This document shows positions 8,731 through 18,258 of a stretch of 64,000 bases of DNA, piece after piece; within the stretch, counting starts at the first letter, position 1, and each line of letters starts with the position of its first letter. The notes under the pieces are model-generated. The model did not search any database. It saw nothing but the letters and a program-made list of their open reading frames with translations, and was not told the origin of the DNA. The stretch is taken from contig JBLWXW010000020.1 of assembly GCA_048267265.1 (NCBI GenBank), positions 1,613 through 65,612 of the forward strand, given 5' to 3'. This DNA is from Bacteriovoracaceae bacterium (GTDB lineage: Bacteria > Bdellovibrionota > Bacteriovoracia > Bacteriovoracales > Bacteriovoracaceae). Both the position numbers and the translations under genes were made by a program.

Positions 8731-9579
8731 ATGTTTAAAGTTTTGACACTAGCATTCACCATCCTTCTTGGCCTAGGTTCGACCTGGGCCCAATCGGCTT
8801 CTCAGCTAGAGGCCCAACTTGGCAAGGGAGACAATAGAGGAAATAAGAAAAGCTCAAAGAACTGGGGTCTCAGCCTAACCTCAACAACCGTTTCCAGTGT
8901 TCAAGAACTCGATGCCTATGGCTCTACCCTTAATACATCTTTGGCCGCAACTTTTCGATACAAAACACCATACTTCAATACTCGATTCTTTATCGCCGCA
9001 GACAAAGACTTAGTTGGTGCAAGAGAAGATCGCTTCAGTGCCTCTTTTTTTGAAATCTCAAAAACGATTGGCCTTCTTTCAAACTCGAATGTCACAACGA
9101 TCTTTCAAGGTCGATATAACTTTGCAGTGAATGATGAAAGGAGATTTGATGAGAGCTACAGAGGCGCTGTAAGTGCAGGGCTTCTCATTATTGCTCAAAC
9201 TCCAAATCCAGATGTGTCTCTCATCTTCATCACAAGAGGAACAAAGAATTTTCATGAGTTTAAAATTGCAAGAGACTTCAGTAAGAACACATCTTTAAGC
9301 AATATAAATACGGCCATTATTTCCTATGCTCCTTATAAAGAATGGGAATTCTCATTCTATGGATCTTTCGTTTCTTACTGGAACTACGATGGCGATATTA
9401 AAGATAGCTACTATAGCTTAGGACAAAGTATCAGTTACAGTCCTGATCCTCAATACAACTTTACAATTGGACATGAGCTTGGTGGATACACTTATGGTTA
9501 CTATGGAAATAACTTGGATCTAAGCTTACTTGATACCAATAGTTCAACCCTATATGGAACCTTAACCCTAAACTTCTAG
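8731..9579 (+). CDS. outer-membrane beta-barrel protein (putative)
   Basis: Signal peptide MFKVLTLAFTILLGLGSTWAQ from the internal ATG at 8731. C-terminal ...TLTLNF with terminal Phe typical of OMPs. Immediately upstream of the large metalloprotease gene. Confidence 0.6.
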   Translation: MFKVLTLAFTILLGLGSTWAQSASQLEAQLGKGDNRGNKKSSKNWGLSLTSTTVSSVQELDAYGSTLNTSLAATFRYKTPYFNTRFFIAADKDLVGAREDRFSASFFEISKTIGLLSNSNVTTIFQGRYNFAVNDERRFDESYRGAVSAGLLIIAQTPNPDVSLIFITRGTKNFHEFKIARDFSKNTSLSNINTAIISYAPYKEWEFSFYGSFVSYWNYDGDIKDSYYSLGQSISYSPDPQYNFTIGHELGGYTYGYYGNNLDLSLLDTNSSTLYGTLTLNF

Positions 9580-9592
9580 GAAAGAGAAAATT

Positions 9593-12500
9593 ATGAAGCG
9601 TACGAAAATACATTCACTAATCACTTTATCTCTTATCCTTCTGGCCAGTTGTGCAAAAGATAGACCCTACGATGTAGAATATATTGAAGAGAAGCAATTC
9701 CTAAAAAATGAAATCGTTGTAGAAGAGAGAAGGCTAGATTCAAAGGGAAATTTCATATTAGATGAGAACGGGCAACCGAAGATGTTTCCCGTTGAATATA
9801 TTTATGTACCAAGCTCTCTTGGCACTCCGATGGAAGTTGCTGATGCTGCCCCTTTTGTTCAAGGGCAGGAAAAACTCGTTACGCTAAAGTGGGAAGAGTC
9901 TGGATTAGGTGTTTATGAAAAAGAAAGAGATGAGCGCTTCAACTCTAACGATCTCAACAGCACTCCTGTTCTCAATATTCCAGGGAAGTACTATTCCTAT
10001 CGCTGTAAGGAAGATGCTTACGGTGACTGTACAAATGTCGAAGAAGAAAATAAGGAACTTGAGTGGTACGAAAAAAGTCAATTTAGGCCAGACTTTGAAG
10101 AAATGGAAGTCACAGAAGTTAATACTCTTGATGCCAGCCTAGTCGATTGGTCAGGCTGTTTAAGTGCATCAAGGTCAAAACTTGTTAATTACGAAATTAC
10201 ATCTGGAGTCATTAATGTTGAACTTCAAAGAACATATACCGTCAATAAGGCGAATCCTATTTGTACGATCACTGGCGCCTACGCTAAGGACTCTGCCGAA
10301 TCAAGTTTTGATGTCCGCTATTTCTACTCATTAGTAAGGTTAGATAAACTTGCTGATAAGAACTATGAGCCTATTGAATACCCAGTTCCTGATCATAATG
10401 ACTTTGGCTTCTTCAAGAATGAAGAACTCGTACTTGCTGATAACTATGATAGAGCAAGACCTGACAGAAAGATTCTTATGAATCGATGGAACCCAAATCG
10501 AAAGAACGGAGAACTGGTCTACTACTTGTCTCCTGAATTTTCGAAAGAAGAAAATAAAGTGGTTCTTGATGCTACTTACGAAGCTATCAGCGTTATGAAT
10601 AGCGAAATGACTGCTGCTCAAATACCTTTTACGATTAAACTGATAGAGCAAAAAGATAAATCCAAGGCCGTTAGTCCAGGTGATATTAGATATAATTCAA
10701 TTGTTCTCATTGAAGATCCACTGGCCAATGGACTTCTTGGATATGGCCCATCAGTAAAGAATCCTTACACGGGAGAAATTATTCAGGCCCACACCAATAT
10801 GTACCTTGGTGTACTTAAGAGTATGACCAGAAGAGTTTATGAATCAGCTTCTGACTTAACTGAAGAGGAACATGAAGCTCTTCAACCACAGAACAAAGAA
10901 CTAAAAGGATTCACTGTAGCAAAGTCTGCTCTTCCTAAATCTTTGCCAGAAGTCATTATCAATAGTTATGAAAATACTTCGGTTATTGAAGATACCGAAC
11001 CTACACGAGGAACGAATCCCATAGGCACTGCATTTAATATTCCGGTAGAGTCTATTCCAACAGATATAGACTCTACAATAGGCGATTCTCAAGGTTTTCA
11101 AAAAGAACTTCCAGCGGAACTTCTCAATGAGAATAGAGTCGTTATTGAAGCTCAAATGAAAGAAGAGCTTCACAGGCATACTATTCATAAAGCCTCAGAT
11201 ATTTCAATCGATCAAATCATCGCAAAGCTTAAATCTTCTTCCTCAGTAGAGTTTAACGAAGTTGATGAGGCAAACCTCATCCAAGAGAAGAAATGGAACT
11301 TCCTTGCTAAGAATAATGCATTTTCAGAAGATTTCTTTCCCATTGCAGGAACATCGAAAGTTGTTTACCCGGAACTTAGAGAAGTGACTGGAATTCTAAC
11401 CGAGAAAGGTACACTTAAGAGATGGGATAACTTAACGAATACTCAAAGAGAAAAGGTTCAAAATATCATTTTGAAAAATAGCTATAAGGCAACTCTTATC
11501 CATGAGCTTGGACACAACCTAGGTTTAAAGCATAACTTCATGGGCTCGCACGATCACGAGAACTTTTTAACAGAAGAAGAAGCTAAAGGTTTAGGTCTAG
11601 ATGCCGCTCCTGCTTACTCTTCTATTATGGACTACTCTTTTAGTGAGTTTAACCAACTTAAGGCCTTTGGAAAGTACGATATAGCTGCTCTTCGTTTTGG
11701 GTATAAGCGTGAAGTCGAACTCTCTAACGGTCAATTTATGAAGGTAACAGGTAGTCTTCATGAAGCTCAATCCCAATTAGCTGCTTCACAAGAAGGTGTT
11801 CCAATTGCACAGGCCTTAAAAGTCAAAAGATATGAATACTGCTCTGATGAAAATACGAATCTTGGAAATCTCTGTAATCGCTTCGATGAAGGAACAACTC
11901 TTCAAGAAATCATCAAGCACAGAATAAAAAAATATAAGGATAGCTATAAGTATCGTAACTTAAGAGATGGTAGACTCAAATATAATACTTACGGTATGCA
12001 AAGTTATATCTACGCTAGAAATGCAGAACTAGGACGAATTCGCGATATAATCGAAGATCGTGAAAATTCAAGAGAGTTTTGGAAAGGTTACCTTCCAAAG
12101 CTTCTTGAGTCCCACAACGTCAGCCTGTCTGAAGAAGAACTTGATTTTGTTCTCGATGGAGGTTGTACGGCGAAATTTGGAGAAAAGACATGGTTTTGCA
12201 AAGACTATATCGACGATGCACGAATTGCAGTAGAAATTGCAGGAGAATTCTTCTTAGAACTCATAAAAACCCCTGATCATATTTGTGCTCTTGTAAAAGA
12301 GAATAATCCTACACAAGTTGTAGAGTACAGAAAGCTTGCAGATATTTACAATCAAATCAAAGGTGAAATTGATACTGTTCCTACAAGCTGTTTTGATGAA
12401 GTCGTTAAAAGCCACGTTGAATCTGAACTTCTCTTCGTTGCGGGTGAGAATGGAAAATTCTTGAATGGCTTTAAAGATGCTAATCCCAACTTTAAGTACA

Positions 12501-13528
12501 CTCAGGATCGTTTCGCAAGAGGAATCTGGCCTGATAAGATCTATGCGATGAGATACTTATTTAAAAGAAAGTCTAACTTCAGTACAACTGATGATAGCTT
12601 CTCTGCGATTATTGATAATCCCAATATTATTCAAAAAGCAGTCTCTGTATTTAGACATCTTACAAATGGTGAGCAACTTGACTCTCCTATTGCCTTCAAA
12701 ACAGAAAGTGGTCAAACCTTTCAAATCCCCTATGTCATTGGAGAAGAAGATGAAGTAGAACAACTAGAAGATAAATTCTCAGATCTAGCAGCAACTCTTA
12801 GAATGAGTCCCTCTGGTAAGACCAATCTTACAAAGCTTATGCTCGCCCAAATTCAAAGAGAGCATACTTCATATGGAGTTGGATACAAGGATCTGGCCTA
12901 TGTTTCAAGAAATCTCTTGGCCGTAAAGAAAGATGCAGGAAAAGTACCTCTTGATGAAAGAGATACCAGTAATCAGTACTATTATGATTCGCGACTAAGA
13001 GTAACTTATTCAGCTGGTCGTGAATCACAATTCACTTACCACTTAATAAAGACTATCAATAGTTTTAACTTCCTCAACTCTCAAGATAAGAGAAAAGTTG
13101 AAATGGCCCTAAAAGTAATTAACTATGTAGACTTTAAAGTCCCAGAAGGAGTAGTATTTACTCCCGAACAACTTGCCTTTTTTCAAATTAATAAAGAAGC
13201 TATGCTAGGAGCAATTCGCCTTTCAGAAAGGGGGGTTCACCCTGATGCTATTAAATTTGAGCTAATATTGGGAGAGGAGCTAGGAAAACTCGTAAGAGAA
13301 CTTTTCAGACAAGGTACAGAAGCTCTTCAAAATATCTATGATATGAAGACAGATATCTACAATAAGATTGTAGATGAAGCCTCAGAAGACGAACTTAGAC
13401 TCCTACAGACAGAAAATCGAATTCTCGACAAGTTTCTTAATGGGGAGATTACTCCTGAGCTTATAAGATTTTACAAGAAGAAACTTACGATGCTACCAAG
13501 CTTTGCTCCTCACCAAGACTCTTACTAG
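9593..13528 (+). CDS. large lipoprotein zinc metalloprotease (metzincin-like)
   Basis: Lipobox LLASC. HELGHNLGLKHNF (HExxHxxGxxH) followed by SSIMDYS (Met-turn-like). 1311 aa with long flanking regions of unknown function. Confidence 0.8.
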   Translation: MKRTKIHSLITLSLILLASCAKDRPYDVEYIEEKQFLKNEIVVEERRLDSKGNFILDENGQPKMFPVEYIYVPSSLGTPMEVADAAPFVQGQEKLVTLKWEESGLGVYEKERDERFNSNDLNSTPVLNIPGKYYSYRCKEDAYGDCTNVEEENKELEWYEKSQFRPDFEEMEVTEVNTLDASLVDWSGCLSASRSKLVNYEITSGVINVELQRTYTVNKANPICTITGAYAKDSAESSFDVRYFYSLVRLDKLADKNYEPIEYPVPDHNDFGFFKNEELVLADNYDRARPDRKILMNRWNPNRKNGELVYYLSPEFSKEENKVVLDATYEAISVMNSEMTAAQIPFTIKLIEQKDKSKAVSPGDIRYNSIVLIEDPLANGLLGYGPSVKNPYTGEIIQAHTNMYLGVLKSMTRRVYESASDLTEEEHEALQPQNKELKGFTVAKSALPKSLPEVIINSYENTSVIEDTEPTRGTNPIGTAFNIPVESIPTDIDSTIGDSQGFQKELPAELLNENRVVIEAQMKEELHRHTIHKASDISIDQIIAKLKSSSSVEFNEVDEANLIQEKKWNFLAKNNAFSEDFFPIAGTSKVVYPELREVTGILTEKGTLKRWDNLTNTQREKVQNIILKNSYKATLIHELGHNLGLKHNFMGSHDHENFLTEEEAKGLGLDAAPAYSSIMDYSFSEFNQLKAFGKYDIAALRFGYKREVELSNGQFMKVTGSLHEAQSQLAASQEGVPIAQALKVKRYEYCSDENTNLGNLCNRFDEGTTLQEIIKHRIKKYKDSYKYRNLRDGRLKYNTYGMQSYIYARNAELGRIRDIIEDRENSREFWKGYLPKLLESHNVSLSEEELDFVLDGGCTAKFGEKTWFCKDYIDDARIAVEIAGEFFLELIKTPDHICALVKENNPTQVVEYRKLADIYNQIKGEIDTVPTSCFDEVVKSHVESELLFVAGENGKFLNGFKDANPNFKYTQDRFARGIWPDKIYAMRYLFKRKSNFSTTDDSFSAIIDNPNIIQKAVSVFRHLTNGEQLDSPIAFKTESGQTFQIPYVIGEEDEVEQLEDKFSDLAATLRMSPSGKTNLTKLMLAQIQREHTSYGVGYKDLAYVSRNLLAVKKDAGKVPLDERDTSNQYYYDSRLRVTYSAGRESQFTYHLIKTINSFNFLNSQDKRKVEMALKVINYVDFKVPEGVVFTPEQLAFFQINKEAMLGAIRLSERGVHPDAIKFELILGEELGKLVRELFRQGTEALQNIYDMKTDIYNKIVDEASEDELRLLQTENRILDKFLNGEITPELIRFYKKKLTMLPSFAPHQDSY

Positions 13529-13546
13529 TTACTTTGAGTTTTTTAA

Positions 13547-14305
13547 CTAGCTAACTTGGGTCGAGTCATCGTCTTCTTCATCCGAGATGAGGTCAAGATT
13601 TCTATCTTCTGAAACAATATGAAAAGATACTCGATCTACAGAGGCGACTTCTTTGATATCAGAAGCAAATCTCTCGATAACCCTCTTATGTGCATAGATA
13701 TAGAGGGTAAGGATTCTTCTCTTCTTATCAATGGAGTCCTCATACACTTCATCAATTTCAATGCTCTCATGTTTCATAAGTTCAAGAACAGACCTCTTTA
13801 CTGGACCTAGAGATAGAATCTCCATATGAAAGAATTCACTCTTATTTTCTGATTCAATGAACTTGTATATTGGGTTTATCCACTTTAATACAACGAGAAC
13901 AGTTATACTGAAAATAAAAGCACTTATAGGGTATCCAATTCCAATAGTGTATCCAATCGCAGCGACAACCCAAATCGTTGCAGCAGTCGTCAATCCGATA
14001 ACCGCCCCCTTTCCTTGAATAATCGCCCCTGCACCTAGAAAACCAATCCCCGAAACGATTTGAGCCCCCACTCTATTAGGGTCCATTGAATTACTAAAGT
14101 TTTGAACATTTAAAAGACTGATCACTGTATAGAGAGTTGCACCTAAGCAGATGAGAATATTGGTTTTAAGGCCAGCGGATTTCATCTTCTTTTCACGATC
14201 ATAACCAACAATCCCACCTAGGATGATGGCCGTTATAACTTGAAGGCCCAGCCCAAAATAGAGAGGGACCTCTCCGAGAATTTCGATATGAATAGTATTG
14301 GTCAT
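13547..14305 (-). CDS. mgtC: MgtC/SapB family membrane protein
   Basis: GGIVGYDREKKMKSAGLKTNILICLGATLYT and four or five TM segments, followed by a soluble C-terminal domain, as in MgtC. Confidence 0.82.
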   Translation of the reverse strand: MTNTIHIEILGEVPLYFGLGLQVITAIILGGIVGYDREKKMKSAGLKTNILICLGATLYTVISLLNVQNFSNSMDPNRVGAQIVSGIGFLGAGAIIQGKGAVIGLTTAATIWVVAAIGYTIGIGYPISAFIFSITVLVVLKWINPIYKFIESENKSEFFHMEILSLGPVKRSVLELMKHESIEIDEVYEDSIDKKRRILTLYIYAHKRVIERFASDIKEVASVDRVSFHIVSEDRNLDLISDEEDDDSTQVS

Positions 14306-14578
14306 TACAGATTCCTTGTAACTTGATCAACTTCTTGCTTAAAGCAAAGGCCTAAACGTCATGTTCAACTGGCCATAGGAAATTGTACCCTATGTATTTA
14401 TTCAAGTAAAATTATAGCTATTTAGGCATATTTTAGGGGCCAAATTCACCCATAAACGACCATTTGTACGCTTTCTAGGCCTTTTCACAAGGAATTCATT
14501 ACACACTTCCCTACTATTTACTCACCCCTATCCAAAGCTGTGCTAGATAAGCCCACACACATTTTATTGGGGGAAATT

Positions 14579-15886
14579 TTGAAAGTATTAAATCGCGTAC
14601 TTATGGTACTGGCCCTACCTACAGTATTAGGACTTCAAGCACAGGCTAACTCATCTCTAAACGAGCCCTACCCAATGGACCAAAACATGAAGTCTATTGA
14701 AGAAGCTAAAAATCAAACAAAGGCGTTTGGCGAGAGAACTTATATTCTTGGAACTCTTTCACCTACACCCGTTATTGACTATGCAAAGAATACTCATATT
14801 GTAATAGCCGGTTCGGCCGTAGATAAGGAATCAGATCAGTTCTTTCAATCTGCTTATCTTAGAGCAAAGATGAATGAAAAACTTTATCCAAATCATCAAA
14901 TTATTATTCTCTCACAGCCCGAAGTTATTAAGGCCAGTAATGTTGAAGTATATGAGCGCTTTAACGTTACTATCGTTGAAGAAAAAGAAGGTAAGTTAAC
15001 TGGTGGAACACTTGTTAATGAACTTAATAAATTTGAAAGAATTGAGTCAATCGACTTCTATGGTCACTCTAGCCCATGGGCGATTAAACTAGGAAAGAAA
15101 GATGCGGCCATGGGAACAGATAGTTATGTGGCCAAGCTAAAAGACAATTTTGTACCTGGAGCTTTTGCGACGATGAATGGTTGTAATGGTGGATTTAATA
15201 TTGCCCCAAAGCTTTCCAAACAGTGGAATATCCCTGTTAGTGGAGCTCTGACAGGAAGTTTATTTGAAAGACTTCAAATAGATGGAAAGTGGTACAAGAA
15301 AGCCGATCGCACAGATGGGAAATGGGCCAAAGAAAATGACTTCAACTTTATGGATCCCATCCATTGTTATGATGGAGGTTGCTGGAGAATGAAGCCTCAG
15401 CGAAATAATTATTCAAGCTACTGGGGACACTTCAAAGAAGGTGGACTGAGCTTCTATAAGTTTTTCTGTAACTATGAATCAAAAGATGGAGCCTGTGAAA
15501 AAGCAATGGCAAAGAGTCTGCTAAGCTTCCCTGCGGCCCAAAAAGTGACAAAAGCTCCTTCAAGAAAAGTATTCGAGGAAGTTGTTTTTGATTACCTTTG
15601 CTCTACAGCAAAAGATCCGAGCTACTTTGAAAGCTGTAAGGAAGGAATCCTTAAGGCCGTAGAACGTGGAGATCTTGTCTACAAAGCTCACCCAGGTAAT
15701 GCCTTAAAGTGTGACTTTAAATCATGTAATGCAACTGTTGTTTGTAAATCAAAGAGTCGCTTCTTTGGTGGTGGATTGAAAGCTGGAACTTGTAGACTTA
15801 ATACTCAAACGAATTCAAAACCACAGACAATCACTAAAGAATACTTATCATTTATGAAAGGGTACGATCTCCTCTTTAATAACTGA
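14579..15886 (+). CDS. secreted cysteine-rich hypothetical protein
   Basis: TTG at 14579 follows GGGGGA and gives a classic signal peptide MKVLNRVLMVLALPTVLGLQAQA. About 13 Cys in the C-terminal half. The DFYGHSSPWA element is vaguely like a hydrolase nucleophile elbow. No confident family. Confidence 0.55.
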   Translation: MKVLNRVLMVLALPTVLGLQAQANSSLNEPYPMDQNMKSIEEAKNQTKAFGERTYILGTLSPTPVIDYAKNTHIVIAGSAVDKESDQFFQSAYLRAKMNEKLYPNHQIIILSQPEVIKASNVEVYERFNVTIVEEKEGKLTGGTLVNELNKFERIESIDFYGHSSPWAIKLGKKDAAMGTDSYVAKLKDNFVPGAFATMNGCNGGFNIAPKLSKQWNIPVSGALTGSLFERLQIDGKWYKKADRTDGKWAKENDFNFMDPIHCYDGGCWRMKPQRNNYSSYWGHFKEGGLSFYKFFCNYESKDGACEKAMAKSLLSFPAAQKVTKAPSRKVFEEVVFDYLCSTAKDPSYFESCKEGILKAVERGDLVYKAHPGNALKCDFKSCNATVVCKSKSRFFGGGLKAGTCRLNTQTNSKPQTITKEYLSFMKGYDLLFNN

Positions 15887-15893
15887 TTACTCG

Positions 15894-16778
15894 TTAAGTT
15901 GATTTAACCGTTACCTCAAGAAAGAATGGGCCAGAGCTACTCAAAAAGCGCAAGCGCAAGCATGGCCCACTAATTAAATGTTTTACTTTGTGGCCAGGAC
16001 CATAACTAATGGTGGGAATGGCCATTTCTATATTAAACCCCTTCTGATTGAGCTTTGACTTAGCATATCCAAAAATCTGATTACAGATCTCCCCTGCTCC
16101 ATCACAATTTTTATTACCAATCTCAACAATCTCTTCACCCGTCATTTTATAATAGAGACTCTTGTAAGTAGCATCTTCAAAGCCTATGGCCATGGAGCCC
16201 ATAAAAAGGTTGCTATTCATATAAATAAGAGAAGAAATATCACTTGCGGTTTGATCTTCAGGATGGCGCACGCTCTTTTCTGTTAGTTCAGGAATGGTTC
16301 CACATAATAACCCCAGTACATCTATCGTCCCATCGATGAAGGGATTGATAAATTGCACTTCCATTTTTTGTTTTTGAGCTTTCTTCTTATTTTTATAGAG
16401 GACCTCATAAAGATACTGAACCATAAGATCAATATTCACAGGCTTTGATAAAAAAGAAAGATTGATTACAGAGTCTGCTAACGACTGAGTTGAATCATCA
16501 ATATAACCGGAAAATACAATTATCTTCTCTGGCCTTTGCGTTTCAGGTAAACGACCGAGGTGCTTTACGACAGAGCTTCCAGAAAGGTTGGGCATTCTTA
16601 GGTCAGTAATAACAATATCAAATTTTTGATTTTGCGCTTTAATTAAACCAGAACTACCATCCTCGGCCCCCACAATATTCACATTCTTATAATGATCTTC
16701 TAACTCAATTGTAAGATAGTCCCTAATATCAGGGTCATCATCGATAACGAGAATATGCTTGAGACTTTGAGATTGCAT
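15894..16778 (-). CDS. response regulator receiver domain fused to a CheX/CheC-like domain
   Basis: N-terminal ILVIDDDPDIRDY...DIVITDLRMPNLSG...SKP receiver motifs. The C-terminal half (FINPFIDGTIDVLGLLCG...) resembles the CheX-type chemotaxis phosphatase fold. Confidence 0.7.
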   Translation of the reverse strand: MQSQSLKHILVIDDDPDIRDYLTIELEDHYKNVNIVGAEDGSSGLIKAQNQKFDIVITDLRMPNLSGSSVVKHLGRLPETQRPEKIIVFSGYIDDSTQSLADSVINLSFLSKPVNIDLMVQYLYEVLYKNKKKAQKQKMEVQFINPFIDGTIDVLGLLCGTIPELTEKSVRHPEDQTASDISSLIYMNSNLFMGSMAIGFEDATYKSLYYKMTGEEIVEIGNKNCDGAGEICNQIFGYAKSKLNQKGFNIEMAIPTISYGPGHKVKHLISGPCLRLRFLSSSGPFFLEVTVKST

Positions 16779-16826
16779 GCATCCCTTATCGGGAGCTATA
16801 GGTAAATATAAAGTTAATTTCTCGAC

Positions 16827-17222
16827 TTACCCATTTCCATGTTCCATTTCTCGAACAATCGCTTTCATATGCATCATAAACTTTTCTTTATCTTCTTTAG
16901 ATAGAGATTTCGTTAGAATTTCTTCAAACTTTTTCTTATCTTGAACATAAACTCCTAAGAAGTTTTCAACGATAAAATAGGCATCCTTATATTTTAAAAT
17001 CCGATCAAAGCGATTCAGTATACGACTTAAATATTTATCATTCTTATTACTTTTATAAAGGTCTAAGGATCGATTCAACGCCGTTATCCAAACAACATCA
17101 GACTTCTTATCTAGACCCCTATCAAGAGCACTAATCGCTTCATCAAATACATCTGCACTAAAACAATTAAATTGAAATAGGAAAGTTATAATAAATGTAA
17201 AAACCTTAATCTTACTCATCAT
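16827..17222 (-). CDS. small secreted helical protein; candidate immunity/self-protection partner of the upstream amidase-like gene
   Basis: Internal ATGs at 17222/17219 give MMSKIKVFTFIITFLFQFNCFSA (signal peptide) and overlap the upstream stop (17212) by 8-11 nt. No known domain. Confidence 0.5.
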   Translation of the reverse strand: MMSKIKVFTFIITFLFQFNCFSADVFDEAISALDRGLDKKSDVVWITALNRSLDLYKSNKNDKYLSRILNRFDRILKYKDAYFIVENFLGVYVQDKKKFEEILTKSLSKEDKEKFMMHMKAIVREMEHGNG

Positions 17223-18120
17223 TACAGGGTCCTTTAACATAAACTGCTTCAAGAGTACGTTTTGGTCCACGACTGTCAGAATTTGAGCTTGTCATATCCA
17301 TGGGTACTTTTAGTTCAATATCGGATAGATATTCATTTTCACTAGCTTTAACTTCAATATGTCCATATTTTGGAACAGAAACCCGACAACTAGGTTGCTT
17401 TGAGCAGCTATCATTCCAATCATCAACACGGCTTTGATTCCATCGATAAACGAGAATCGCCCCTGTAGGTGCTTTACTAGAGTTATCAACTTTTACTTGG
17501 CAAAAACCTGCTTTTGTTAATAGACCTTCCCTGTGAGCATCAATGGCAGCTGCTGAGCTAATATAGCTATCAACGACTCCTGCATCTTTTAGTGCTATTT
17601 TAACGGCCTGCCAGCAACGGCCACTTCGCTTATCTCCACTTGCTCTATTTTTACAATCGGAAAGTGTTGTATCTCCACCTTCACATCTTTTATTTTGAAT
17701 CTTTCGAAGAACATCAATAACATCACCCATTTCTCCAGCGTAATCTCTACCCGGATCAAGATCTGCACCATCAGTAGTTCCTTCTCCATAAACTAAGGGG
17801 GATGCCGGTTCATAGGAGTCTTCAGATTCATCTAGGTTTGAAAAGTCTCGACCATCGTCATCATCACCATTATATCTTTCAGATTTAGGGCAGTGGCCAA
17901 GAGTGGGGCCAGAGAGAGTTTGAGCTATTCCAAAAGGATTACTTTCGTTCCATCCAGAAAGGCCTCCAACACCTTTACCATAAAACTTACCAAAGGCATC
18001 TCCCTTAACCACTTTTGATCCCCCCTGTTGGCCAGGAAATGATAATTGTGCAAAGGAGTTTTCGACTCCAAAAGACAGAAGAAATGTGAATAGAATCAAG
18101 CGTACTATGGCCAAATTCAA
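17212..18120 (-). CDS. secreted papain-like (CHAP / NlpC-P60 / Tae-like) cysteine amidase candidate
   Basis: Signal peptide. Gly- and Asp-rich linker. SGRCWQAVKIALKDAG (candidate nucleophile Cys) and KYGHIEV (candidate His) lie 85 residues apart, a pattern shared by cell-wall amidases of the papain-like fold. TTG start. Confidence 0.55.
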   Translation of the reverse strand: MNLAIVRLILFTFLLSFGVENSFAQLSFPGQQGGSKVVKGDAFGKFYGKGVGGLSGWNESNPFGIAQTLSGPTLGHCPKSERYNGDDDDGRDFSNLDESEDSYEPASPLVYGEGTTDGADLDPGRDYAGEMGDVIDVLRKIQNKRCEGGDTTLSDCKNRASGDKRSGRCWQAVKIALKDAGVVDSYISSAAAIDAHREGLLTKAGFCQVKVDNSSKAPTGAILVYRWNQSRVDDWNDSCSKQPSCRVSVPKYGHIEVKASENEYLSDIELKVPMDMTSSNSDSRGPKRTLEAVYVKGPCNDE

Positions 18121-18258
18121 CTCTCCTCAAGGTACATTAACTACAGCTGTAATTCAGTTTTCTTATCGGCTACTTCAGTAAAAACCATAACATACTAAGG
18201 AGAACTACCTAGTTTTAATAGGTTACCATAAGGAGAATTGCCCATTTTTTATGCTTTT

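Noticed and set aside
14306-14578. Possible Mg2+ (M-box) riboswitch in the 273-nt leader upstream of mgtC
   Set aside because: Only vague resemblances (TAGGGGTGAGT, TTATGGGTGAA) to M-box core elements, and no convincing multi-helix fold by eye. The region also serves the divergent gene. A covariance-model search (Rfam RF00380) would settle it. I do not claim it.
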